Below, piece by piece: positions 48,062 to 61,100 of a stretch of DNA of 64,000 nt (position 1 is its first letter; each line of letters starts with the position of its first letter). The position numbers and the translations under genes were made by a program. Under the pieces are notes generated by a model. It was not told the origin of the DNA. It did no database searches and was given only the letters and a program-made list of their open reading frames with translations. The stretch lies in NCBI GenBank assembly GCA_032718475.1, contig JAUCBJ010008050.1:62001-126000 (forward strand), in the 5' to 3' direction. Source of the stretch: Nemertoderma westbladi. Lineage: Eukaryota; Animalia; Xenacoelomorpha.

Positions 48062-51000
48062 GACAACGATTAAACAGCTTTGTCCTGAGGGTTATCCAGC
48101 GGTATTGATTAACAATCGTTGAATTTGATAGTTGTTAACAAACTTTTAGTAAAAAATTTAATTTTTAAAGCCTACATGTACAACATACAAACTATAGTTT
48201 ATACCGTCAAAAATTAATTATTTTATGTTTCTTTTATACAATCAATGATGATTATACAAAATCTGCAGATAATTTATTGACAGTGGAGGGATGATACGTA
48301 GTGGTTTTCGAAGTAGTTATCATTCGTTGATAAAATATTGATTGTAATAAGTAGTTCCCCATTATACCCAGATATGGAGAACTTTAAAATTTATACCTAT
48401 CTAAGGGAAAATCGACTAAAATAACAGCTTATCCCAAAAATTAACCTGTAACCTCTCTAACTGACTTTCGTTTAATATTTTGTTTATGATAATGTGCCTC
48501 TGTAACCTGCTCCTTTTCATTATTTGATAATTTAACATTGACAAGAGATATTTACTCTCTGAGATTTGATTTTCGTAGAGTTTCCCCCCACATGTTTTTC
48601 CCATCGCTATGGTAGTGGATGCAACAAATGTTATATAATAATTAATTAGTTATAACTTTACAATTTGTTCTTGTAAGTCTTGTTATTAGTAAACGGGAGC
48701 AAGGAATGAAGGGGGATTAACATAACATGGTTGGAATGGAGAAATATCGAATTACAGCAATGTTAACACGAGAAGGTCTTATATTGATTTTGCAAACATG
48801 TGCGAAACACACAGTTATTGTTATAACTAACTAACTGGATAACATATTTTCCTTCATTGCCTTCAAACATTTAGAGCGAGCTTGTCAATTCATGAAGGTA
48901 TATGGGAGATAGGTGGGGGGGGGGGGGGGATGGACGCAAAACCCGCCTTGGCGAATTCATATCCCGCCTCAATGTTAAATTCTCAATTTAGGGAAAGGAG
49001 CAGGTTACAGTGGCACGTTGTTTTAACCAAAACAATAAACTAAACACAATAGCCTGGAAAGGGATGAATTTTTATTGCGTCCAGATTTGCCCCCTATCTG
49101 AAATATGGGGCCGTTATGGTTGAGAATGGGACATTCAAGTATTAACTAATTCATTTCGTTATTATATTTTAATATAATTTTAATGTAACTCGAAAATAAT
49201 TAATCCTTTTCTTATTATATTTCGCCCACTGTATAACATTATTAACAGTGAAGGTAACACTAACTACTTGCATGATAACCACATAGAGTTAAAAAGAAGA
49301 CTGGACTTCGTCGTGTTTATTACGAGTTTATTTGACGCAGTCCGTCACTTCGGTTAGATTTGGACTCACCGCCGTTGTTCTCGGGTTTACTTTTAATCCA
49401 TGTTTATGTTCAACAGAGCATTCTTTTCGACTTGAATGCCATACCGTTAAGACCGTAGACCGTACACATCGTAATGATAATGATGAAGTTTAATCGGAAT
49501 CGTTCATCTGCTCAGATGAGTAGGCTAGTCTAGTACCGGTACAAAGCAGTGCAATCTGCTGAATTACTGGCTGAATTGTTATCAATTCTGGAATTTAAAA
49601 ATTCCTCTCAGATTTACATAGCAAACGGATATATGTAGTTAATTATGACGTTTAAATTTGAATTTTGGTTGAAAAAATATAGCGAACCACTGTTTTCTGC
49701 CTTATTCTGGGTAACTCTAGGAGTTTCCGTCCTTAAAACTAGGTGGTTCTATCTGGTGAGAAGTGTTTCTAGCTGCTTCCAGGTGTTTTCACGTTTTAGT
49801 AGGTACCCTGGGAAAAGAGGTTTGAAGAAGAGATAAAACTCACTTGATTGTCACTTCGTTTTATAATATAATTTTCAGTACCGGTATATGGTAGTAAGCA
49901 CTGTACTGGACCAATGTTATGGTTTGTACAGTATTTGCAGCAGATACGAAGCGCATCTCTCTCTCCACTGGGTACCAACTGAACCTCACTACTACTGGTG
50001 GTATTTGAGTTATTTGTGTTTTACTGGCACTGATTAACAGGTGTGAATCAATGCATGCATCAATAATGGCGCTCGAAGCATTTATATTTATTGCCTTTGT
50101 ATTTTGTATTTTGGGTGCCAGCAAGAATTTCTTAATTCATTGGCTGCCAATATTCTCGCCAATATTTTACAATTGGCCTCCAGTCTTTCTCTAATGGGGG
50201 CGGGCGATTAGTAGACCCAATTAGTAGACCACAATTCAACACAGTTGCTCAAATGCAATGGAGTTCATAATTTAAACACAAAAGCAGATTAATTGATGCA
50301 ATAATACACAGAAACAAAATGGCATTTTACAGAATTTGATAAGACACTAAAAATAGCAGAGATATCGTTTTTTTCAGTTTATAAAATATTCGAAATATCG
50401 CTGTGATGTATGTGTAATTTAATATAATTTGATATACAGGAGTAAATAATATTTGGTATAGTGAGTGAGTCAGTTGGTTGTCAGTTTGTGACTTAGATAG
50501 TAAGTGAATTGTTCAGTCAGTGAGTCAGTCTCAGTAGAAGGTCATTCAGTAAGATGAGTAGTAGGTTTGTCAGTCAGTGGAACAGACACTCAATGAATTT
50601 GTCAGTGATTTCGTTTGCCAGTGAGTGTATAATGTTTCAAGTGAACTAAAACAAATTTTATTTTGGCTGTTACGCAAAGCATTATTCACAAAGTCTGATG
50701 ATTTATTGCCAGTGCATTCAATGCAGAACTATACTCCCCAGAGGACTTTCTCTATACTCAACAGAGGAATTTTGTACTGGTTTAGCTACCACTCAACCCT
50801 AGGGTTTGACTTTTGAGCGTAGGCGTAGCACCCCTGGTTTTAAAGTAATTTTGGTGTCATGAAAAATACCGTAAAATCTGTGACTGCCAGCTCTTATATA
50901 ATGGCCTGCATAGCAAAAAAAAATTTTTTTTAATACTTTATCGAGCTCCTTTATTTAACACCTAAAAATGTGTTCTAGAAAATTTTGTTAATAATAATAA

Positions 51001-52278
51001 TATAATAATGGTCTTTTATTCCTTAACTTGTGGATTTATCTAAATAAATTGCACAAGGCAGCCTTGGCAGCGGAATGCTAGACTGATGGTTGGAATAGGC
51101 GTCATTTTGCGAGTGGCGGATCAGCCGTCGCCATCTTATTGTACTGTACAGTATTACAGTAGAACACAAAGTTGATTAACAATACATACATACCGGTATA
51201 ACTAAATATAATTAAATGAAATATACAACAATACACCATGTTCTGGAATATAGTGTCGTTATTCAGGTACCTGGACCCCCCCCCCCCCCCCAAAAAAAAA
51301 AAATTTGTTCTACAAATCTTAATGAGATTGCATGAAGTTTAAAATAGTGGAGTGATAGTTCCACCTCCCTCCTCCTTCGTGGGTGAGCCAGAATTTTTAT
51401 TTTTGCTTTCAATCTTTAGCTACAAGCGTTTAAAAAAGGTGTCTCCGGTGATATTTCACCAGTTACAACGCAGTTATTCTTTAACCTTATAGTGATTTGT
51501 TGGTACTGATTGAAAGCTGGCCATGTAAGGATTCAAAATATGTAACATAATCTAAATTTCGTTGAAAAATAGCTGAGACATGAGCGTTAAACATTTGCAT
51601 GGTTTGCATCTGCATGAGGCTATTTTATTCTATTAAATAAAAATGCCATATTCTAGAACATTATACGTAACAGTAATAGTAATACACAACAGTAATACTA
51701 ACCACTAACACTAATATACTCTATCCTCATTTCATTATATAATTATGTAACAGTATTATTAGTATGCTATATGCTGTATTTCACTTCTTATATTGTAAAA
51801 GGTTTTTGCGGACATAATAAGTCATTTTACGCAATGCGCTAAATACTCTAAAGGGACTTATAATTGTACAACTACGCGCCTGTCAAGAAACACAGAGTTG
51901 GGACATGACGAAATCTACCTGCTGTTTCTTTGTGTGAGAATATTCTTTGTTGACATATATTTTCAGCCAATCAGAGCGATCTCCCCTTTTTGTTTACAGC
52001 AGCCTACGGGAGATGACACAATAGGCAGTTTTTCCTAGAATCCTACTTCATTCAGGATTCATTCGGAAGTTCTGACGTTTCAGACTTTGCCCTAAACATC
52101 AGAGGCTAGAGTCATAAGAACGCAAATCTATTAACATAACACTGCATACCGCACCTACTGACTGACTGACCTGAACAATTCACTGACTCTTTTCACCGCA
52201 CTGCCTTAATGCTGTTTTATATTGTTGTTAATTGCTGTTTATATTGATGGATGTTATATTCGGAGAATACTGATAAAT

Positions 52279-54143
52279 GTTGAGAGGAGTTGTAACATCA
52301 GACCCAACCCCCCACAGTTATATGGCAACCCGAAGATGCATAAAACTGACAACCCCATGCGACCAATCACAGCGGCAACAGGATCAGCCATTGAAAAACC
52401 AGCCCGGTTTTGCTGCCAGATACTCAGCCAACTGGTAGAACTCATCCCGGGACGGTTAAAAAACTCTATCGACTTCATGGATAGGGTTAAACGACTACCC
52501 CCGTTAGACCCAGGCGACATTTTGTTCAGCCTGGATATAGTGGCTATGTACACTAACATCCCGGTGGATGACACGGTTGAAATAGTAACTGAATTCCTTT
52601 CAATACACCACACCAAAATTAATATGTTTGGGATCACCGTACCAGAGTTTTACGGGCTATTTAAATTATGTACTGAATTTTATTATTTTCAGTTTGATGG
52701 GAATTTTTATAGACAGCTATCGCGATTAGGCATGGGGGATAGGTTAGCAGCACCGTGCTCACAAATTTTTATACACGCGAAGGAAACAAAATTTCTAGCT
52801 AGTTATTTTCTGCAGCCGGAGTGCTGGATGCGATATTACGATGACGGTTGGTCGCAGTGGAAGCACAGGGAACCGAACTGAGTAACTTTCTAGAATTCCT
52901 TGAACACTTGCCACCCGACCATCAAATATACGATGGAATTTTCATTTGACCGATTGCCATTTCTTCACGTCGTCACCACTATTAACAACAGTGGGAACAT
53001 TGTTTTCGAGCTATACACAAAACCCTTGAATGTTGGAGTGATGATAAACTTTAACAGCCACCACCCGAAAAGCGCGATTTTTAACACCGCTCGCAGCGCA
53101 CTACAGCGAGCCTTATCGCGGGGTAGCACACCGGAAGGGAAGGCGAGGGGTAGTAACAAAATTAGGGAAACTCTAATTAACAACGACTTCCCTTTAGAGG
53201 TGGTCAGCAAACTTACCAAGCAAGTGGAGCAGGGGAGGAACTCTCGCGCTAACCCAGCTAGAAATAGCAAATTAACACCGGTGGTCCTGCCCTATATTAA
53301 TGAGCAGGTACTATGTAGGGTTAAGCAAGCGGTACAAGAGTCACCATTCGCTAGCACGGTTAGAGTAGTCTCATCTACGGGATCCAAACTTCGTAACATT
53401 TTAATAAAAACTAACATTGACCCCCCAACATGCCCAGCACCTAAGAACGCGGAATGCTACACCTGTGGGCACGGCGTCCATAAGTGCACCACCAGAAATG
53501 TGGTCTACAAGGTGGCCTGACCAGTTGTGGTGCGGACTACATTGGAGAGTCATATGACTGAGTGCGTGGGCGGGTAATGTCCCATAGGAATGCAATCCGT
53601 AACGGGAACCCTAAGAACGAAAGTGGCGTAGGCGCACACTTTGTTACACATCACCCTGACTTAGCACAAACCCAACACCCAGTAACAGTATCCATAGTCA
53701 AGAAAGCAAGAGACTACATTGACCGAAAACTCACTGAGAAAGTACACATAGCACACAACACACCAACCATGAATACGCAGCACTTTAGGGAACACGACGC
53801 AGGGTGGTGAACGATTGATTACTGATTATGGTGCAATTAATTTAGTGTTTGGAATATTTGCAATTTATTTGTAACTTTGTAGATTATGGTGTAGTTTATT
53901 GGGTATAGGAACTACCTACAGTAGATGCCCGCCGCAGCCCCAACACACAATGGAGCAACTACTGTAGCTAGGCCTAGACCTTGGATCATACGGTACAGCC
54001 TTCAGTACATACATACCGGTTGTGTTTCTGTATTGTTTGTTACTCGAGACCTATCAACGAGCTAGTAAAAGGCCTGTGGCCGAAATATTGCTCAATTTGT
54101 CAATTTTGGTTACTTGACGGTCAGTCTCCCCTTATCTATTATT
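52279..54143 (+). mobile_element. 5'-truncated Penelope-like element (RT plus GIY-YIG)
   Basis: PQLYGNPKMHK..PMRPI, SLDIVAMYTNIP, RYYDD, S.HP, NVVY..R..SH..RKLTE motifs; 13-bp direct repeat AATACTGATAAAT at 52266-52278 and 54144-54156. Confidence 0.93.
54058..54093 (+). ncRNA. Non-canonical minimal hammerhead-ribozyme-like motif
   Basis: GAGC-TAGTAAAA-GGCC(TGT)GGCC-GAAA-TATT-GCTC: stem I, stem II, GAAA and palindromic AATATT in the PLE 3' end; the core deviates from CUGANGA. Confidence 0.5.
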
Positions 54144-54730
54144 AATACTGATAAATAATCGTAAACCCCTCAACTTTCTTAATTACTGAGGTAAGCAGAA
54201 GGGTGTACCATTACTAATTGTGGGCTCAATTTATAGTGGTTTTGGTGTGAAATAAATGCTATTTCATAATACCTACATATGTCAGTTGCAACCCTCCTTA
54301 TATATGATCAAAATCAGTGACAGTCGGAAAATCAGTGCGTATTAGTGTGAATTAGTGTGAAGTAGTGTGAAGGTTAATAAAGCATTCCTAAAGAATGCGC
54401 CATTTGCGATACCTTATAGCTTCTAGTTGTAATTAATGTAAGTCATAACTATGTTTGATACTTAAAGCACCACGTCCAAAAGGAACTGTTAATATTTCCC
54501 CAAAAGTAAATATAGTTGTTGGAGATTATATAGCAGCGATCAATCTGATAATACAAAGTAGCCTACTGCAATAACTTTCTCTATAACCGAATCCAGTCTC
54601 CCACACTGTGGGTCATACGCCGCGCATAGACTGGTATCAACTGATGTCAATTGGCAAGGGCAATAGTCGATTCAGGAGACACTTAAATTAGCAGGTTAAA
54701 CTGTTAAGGTCTAAAAGCGCGAACATTAAT

Positions 54731-55904
54731 TGTAAAAGCTTTTGCGTAATTAACCGGTTATTCTCCCGTAAAGTACTCTGTAGTTGGTTTACCAGGCAGA
54801 AAAAGGCCGTGTCCTTACTGTACTGGTGTTTTAGAGGACATAAAAGTCATTTCTTCTGTATTTGTACTTTAGAGGACATAATCCGCAATCTCGTGACGCA
54901 ATAAGCTAGATCCTCTTGAAAACAGTGTCGCTACCATGACGACGGCTAACAGCTGATATTGCCACGTCGACATTTCTTTGTTTCTTTGTTCTCTCGTTGC
55001 TCGGTCGACCAATCAGAGCGTTTTTTGTCTCTGTGTTGGAGTTGGATACAGAAACTCAGTAGTTCAGTGTTATCTTTTTGCCCAGAGCCTAAGAACGTCG
55101 GCTTTTGGCACCTCCGTGTTTCAGTCTTTAGCTTAACATTAGTAGGCTTAATTATAGAACGTATATCCGTTATCTTACTCAACAAACCGAGTTATCATAC
55201 AAAAACTCAGTTAACTCACTTAATAATCATTCATACCTTAACTTTACTGCTTTTACTGTCGGTTATTCATTATATTGGTTGATGAAATATTATATCGGAA
55301 TACTGATCAATAGTCAGACACCCCACCTTCTTGATATACTAAAGGTTAGAGAGACCGGTTACAGATAAACGATTGCGACCTATGTTAAGTGGTTTGAAGT
55401 GAATCTAATGCTGTTTCATAGGCCCGACATAAATTGTATGTTGCTCTCTTTATACGTGACTAAATTTAGTGAAGGTCGGCAGATTAGTGTGCAGTATTGT
55501 GCAGCATTGTGTATGATTGTAACTGATAACAAAGCATCTCCTAAAGAATGCGCCATATACGTGAATCTATAGCCTTTTCGTTGTGTCTAGTTTAAGTCAT
55601 AACTCTGTTTACATATTTAGAGCGCCACGTCCTAAAGGAACTGTTAATATTTCCCGAAAGTGAATAATATTTGTCAGAGATTATATATAACGATCAGTCG
55701 AATAATACGGTAGGCTTACACCATCAATCATTAAGCTTCCGAATTCAGTTTCCCGGGTATATCCAGCGGGTGAATGATTGCGCATAGACTGGCTTCGGCT
55801 AATGTAGTGTATCAAATACTCGTCATAGGCTAAAGACTATATATCATCTAAAAGACATCCTAATTTGGCAGGTTAAACTGTCAAAGGTCTTAAAAGCGCA
55901 AACA
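54731..55904 (+). repeat. LTR B, probable 5' LTR of the downstream BEL element
   Basis: TGTAAAAGC..AAAAGCGCAAACA; homologous to LTR A; upstream of the gag-pol ORF; no clear PBS found. Confidence 0.7.
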
Positions 55905-56204
55905 ATAACAGATATTGCTTCTGGATTGCGGCGTATGCAATTAAGTCTAAAGTACCGGTACCGGTCGAACGGTAACCTGTACTGCTGTAACCAGTAGGCC
56001 TGACTGCCTGATCATCCGAACCGGTACTTACAGTACAGGTACAGCAGTATTATTCGATTTGATTATTATATACCGGTAGGTCTTAATAATTAATCGGGGA
56101 CGCCTGGTTTTTATTGGGATTTTACTTAGGCCTATTTCTGTCAGTTTTATTTATTTGTAAGCCAGTATTGAGCAGAAGGCGTGTAAGCCTGCTCAGATTG
56201 TACA

Positions 56205-56770
56205 GATAATTTGTAGGCTTGACTGTTGTCTAACTGTTGTTAAGTCTGAACGGATTGCAGTGTGTGTAGAGCATCTGTCCGATGAAGTGCTAGTTAGGAA
56301 AGTAGGGGCTTCAAGTGCTGTGAGGTAAACCCCCTGTGAAAGAATAAGTCGTACTACTGGGTTAGAACGCATACTAACTAATCATTTCGGAGTCTGCATA
56401 TACTGTAGTGTATTTGGGCTTGATAGTAGTCTGCCATCGTTTGGTCTGTACTTTGTTTGTGTAGTCTGTACGGGTAGCGTATAATTTTATTTAGATAATT
56501 TGTAGGCTGGATAGTTGTCTGGCTGTTGTTGGGTTTGAGGAAATTTCGGTGTGTGTAGAGCATCTGTCCGATAAAGTGCTAAGTTAGGAAAGTAGGGGCT
56601 TCAAGTGCTGTGAGGTAAACCCCCTGTGAAAGAATAAGTCGTACTACTGGGTTAGAACGCATACTAACTAATCATTTCGGAGTCTGCATATACCGTAGTT
56701 TGTTTAGGCTTGATAGTAGCCTGTCAGTATTTGGTCTGCATTTTGTTTGAGTAGTTTGTACGCGTAGCGT
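56205..56770. repeat. Tandem duplication, 2 x ~290 bp, in the BEL 5' leader
   Basis: AGATAATTTGTAGGCT..GTTAGGAAAGTAGGGGCTTCAAGTGCTGTGAGG..CGGAGTCTGCATATAC occurs twice. Confidence 0.9.
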
Positions 56771-58104
56771 AATATTTATTATTCAGAGTTTATGCGATTA
56801 TTCGCAACATTCATATCCCCAAGTTTATTCCTACAGTAATTGTGTTTGTTATACATACCGTTATAGTTAAACTAACCCCGGTACTACATCAGGGCTGCTC
56901 GGCGTAGGTAAAGACTGGAGATTTTATGCTTTGGTCACTCCGGCAGATACCGTGGTTCTTTTAGCTGTTCAAGTATTTTTAACTACTGATTATTTGTTGT
57001 ACAAGTACTTGTACCTAATTTAGGGTTTAGTGTACAGTACTTTCCGAGGGTGATTAGTGTGTAGGCAGTATATTTGTGTTGTAAAGTGGTTAATAGGCAC
57101 GTTGGTTCTGGTAGACCGCGGTAATTAACTTCTGGGTAGGAACACTCCGTGATACATAACGTAGTACCTATAGCGATACGGCTATAGGTCGTCAGACGGT
57201 GGTATTTTCCTATCTGGACAGCGCAGTATACTTACTACTACTTATTATTTTCAAATACCGTAGTAACCTGTCCGTTGTAATAACCAGATATTCTAACCCT
57301 TTGTTAGGCTGGTTAGTAGACTTCTTGTAAAATTACCCTAAAAAATTCGTATTTGTGTATTTGTAATTAAATTTTTGTGTTTATTTAGAGATTGTAATCT
57401 CAACCCGAATTGTACGTAATTTGTAGTATTAAGTAACTTAGGTAAATTAGAATTATTTGTTTTAGTGTCTAACAAGTAGCACTCCACTGAGAGCGCACAG
57501 CTTATGTGTAGTGACTCCCCCAGAAATAATAACATTTATTTCAAACATTGACAAAACCCATTAAACGGGTATATATATATTATAAATCAACTCAAACGAT
57601 TTATAAATAGTAGGCCTGCCATATAACAATTAGGTCTCAATATCAGTTGGACTACTGCTTAAATAACGGCGATAAAGTAAGTTAAAGTAACCAAGTAGCC
57701 CTTAAAATTCAGAAATTCAATTATTCTAAAATAATTGATATACCGGTATTTACAATAGGCTTATTATTTTATTTTATAAATATAGGATGAAATCATACCG
57801 GTATTCTGTAATTAATTCTAGTTAATAATTATACTTATATATACTATAAGTGTAAACTGCATACCGGTATCCACGATAGGCCTATTATATATTTATATAT
57901 ATTTGTGCTAAAATTATATACCGGTATTCTGTGAAAAACCTAGTCTGTAATAATACTTATATATACCATAAGCATACCGGTATTCTAATATTATATATAT
58001 CACGCTACACTGAGTAGCAGTATCGGTAATTAATTACTAGGCTAGCAGTTAATGCTGAATTACTAGACTTGCTTAGACTGTAATATAGCAGTAGGCATTC
58101 AACT

Positions 58105-61100
58105 GTGCAAACAAACATGTCTGATACTAAGCAGAACCTGTCAGACAGTTTATTAGATGTAACTATCTGCGACTCAGATAAGGGTGTAGAACCGTCTACA
58201 CCTAAGTTCAGTTCACCTCCCACTGTGAGGAAGGTCATCCCTCCAGTAGTAATAACAGAACCGAGGCTGGTCCAACATCGTAGGTCTATCATAGGCACTC
58301 GAGCTCAGGTCAAGCGGGACCAAGACGCAGCGGAACAGCAACAACCCGCGAGCCAAGAACTTATTTCTCAGCGGCCCGACAGCTCCAGTAGTGAGGATAC
58401 TGTAGAGCTGACACCCGAGCGCGGAGCAAGGATGACGGATGCGGTTTATTCGGATCCCCTTCTCATCCTTCCTGCAGCCGTACTCACTAGGTTATTGATT
58501 GCGGTGGAAGAACACCAGATCGATTGGGCGAGAAGTAAGCGATCAACTAAAGATAGTTATGAGGGATACACAAGGGAAGAACTGAAGTCTATGGTCGAGT
58601 CGCAATGGAACTTCCCCGGACCCGGACTCCCGTTTGATTTATCAGAAGCTGCCTGGGAAGACATACACCGGATGGGAGTAGCCAAGGAAACCATCGATCC
58701 AGCTGTGTGGAAGAGGTCCGCAGCCGGATACGCACAGGGATTCTTCAGCTCTATGGAGCGAGTAAAAGAACAACTGTTTCAACAACCTCAAGGACCTCAA
58801 GAGCAGGGACAACTGCTTTATCAAGTTAGAGAAAGAATTCTGCGAATTAGGCTAATCTTATCGGCCTTTGAGGAGGCTTCTAAAAGAAGACAAGACACGT
58901 CGTTGCAAGTTGCCGTAAAGACTTGGTTTCAACGGGTGAGTCTCCAAGTTCAAGGAACGGCTCAGTGGAAAGCTCAGCTGGAGGAGCGCTCAACCCATGG
59001 AGAATCAACAGACGCTACTTTTTCCCAAGTGGAAAGTGAAGCGACGGCAGAGAACCCGCATAAGAGGGATGCCATTGATATCTATCTGTCAGACTATCAA
59101 CGTTTCTTAGGTGATGAAGAGTTGAGGAGAAGGTTGGATGGACTTAACCCTAATAGTGAAGGAGCACAGCGTGTGCTTGACGCCATCGACGTGGATAGGT
59201 TAGCGGCGAACCAAGCTAAATTCGATGAACAACTCCGCATCGCTAGAGACCAAGAAGAAAAGGTGAAGAAAAAACGCATAGAAGACAGAAAGAAAGCAGC
59301 AGTAGCAGCTGCAGAAGCCGAAAGGAAAGCAGCCGAAGAGGAAAGTAAAGCAGCCGAAATGGAAAGAAAAGCGGCAGCGGCAGCGGCAGAGGCAGAAGCG
59401 AAAAGAAAAGCGGCAGCGGCAGAGGCAGAAGCGAAAAGAAAAGCAGCCGAAATGGAAAGAAAAGCGGCAATGGCAGCGGCAGAAGCAGAGCGGATAGCGG
59501 CTGAAGAGATCGCCCAATTAGAATTGGAAAATATTCAGGAGAATCAAGACTGCATAAATAAACAGTTAACAGCTAGTAATATGCAGATGATGAATCGATC
59601 TACTCCCAAAAGACAGGGATATACATCATCTGAGGAAGGCGATACAACAGATCCTGAAGGCGGAGGAAATAGATCTCGTTCCAGTAGGCGTAGAAGAACG
59701 CCCCACCGTCAGAAATTGCCTAATTTGCCCCCAGCTGTGAGAAGGCAACTAGCTAGCACAGACTTAGGTAGTACAGAACCCACAGACCAAATTATTAGAG
59801 TAGAAAGACTCCCTACTATAGTAGATGAGCCTGAAATAATTAGGCCTGTTCTCGAAGCCACCCCTTCTGTGATAGAGACCCCTGTACTTCCAGAACCTAA
59901 CTCTAAATTCCCTTTACACAGTACTAAACTACCTGTATCCAGTAGGACAGTTCCTCAGTCAACTCCGGTCCTGGATGCCGAGCGAGACATTAACAATTTG
60001 TCACCCGTCGTCCCTCGTCTACCCGCTACTATGTTGGCGGCTCCCGCTTCGGCGGTAGAGTGGGTGGATGAGCGACCGCGGGGGATGGATATTCTCCTCG
60101 GGCAGATGGAGGAGAATCAGGCACGCTCCTCCCAGCAGGTCCGAGAGTTGGAGGGGACTGTTCAACAGTTAAGGGGAACAGTAAGAGAGAGTAGGTTAGA
60201 ATTGCAGGAAGTGCAGCAGAGTATCGCGTTAGAACGCGATAAGTTAGTAAATCTACAAAAGGGTATACCACCACCCTCTGTAACAATGTGTCAACCTGTT
60301 AGGTCTGAAGTATTTCATGCGCAAGGTGTGGAGCCTACACGCATCTATACTGCTAGTGAAGTAGAAACTCCTATAGTAAACCCTATTAAGGGTAATTATA
60401 AACCTGTTGACAATGATATTCCATATAGACCTGATCATAATCCGAGAAATTTATATACCGATAACTCGATATTAAATAACACGATGGCCCAAGAAAGTTT
60501 TACGCGTCAAATGGCTAGAACCGAAGCCCGTCAAGCGGTAAAGGTGAGAGAGATTGTCAAGTTCAACGGAGATGAGATGAAATGGTTACCTTTTAATGAA
60601 TATTATAAAGATAACATACAGAACTCTGTGCTATCTAACGGAGAGAAACTTAGATTCCTCATCGAGTGCTTGGAAGGATCTCCCAAGTTAATGGCGTTAA
60701 AGTTTATTGGACATCCAGATGGATTAAGACAAGTTTGGGATTCACTAAACATCAGGTATGGTAATAGGAATAACATAGCTAAGTATTTGTATGCGAAATT
60801 GGTAGCGCCCCGAAAGTTTCTTAGCACCGGGATTATAGAATTTTCCGATGAGATCCAGGAGATTTGTAGACAATTAGATTGGCTAGGTAAGTCTCATGAG
60901 TATCAGAGTTCTATGGTTATTGGAGCTGTAGCATCTACCTTGCCAAAGGGTGGAGTGGGTACTCATTGGGACAAAAGAGTTCTGTATATGATGGAACAAC
61001 AACGAAGATACCCTACCATGGCTGATCTCCTGTCATTCTTAGATGGAGAGGTAAAATTACAGCTCCTAAAGCAGTCCAGAGAGAAGACACCGGAAAATAA

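Larger units (their letters stand above)
51794..54725 (+). repeat. Solo LTR A (BEL-type, ~1.05 kb) interrupted by a Penelope element
   Basis: TGTAAAAGG..AAAAGCGCGAACA; diverged but colinear with LTR B (for example CCTAAAGAATGCGCCAT and AAAGGAACTGTTAATATTTCCC). Confidence 0.72.

Noticed and set aside
49280-51300. Upstream exon, promoter (AAGATGGCG motif near 51135) or DNA transposon remnant
   Set aside because: No recognisable protein motif or defined ends; cannot be supported from sequence alone.
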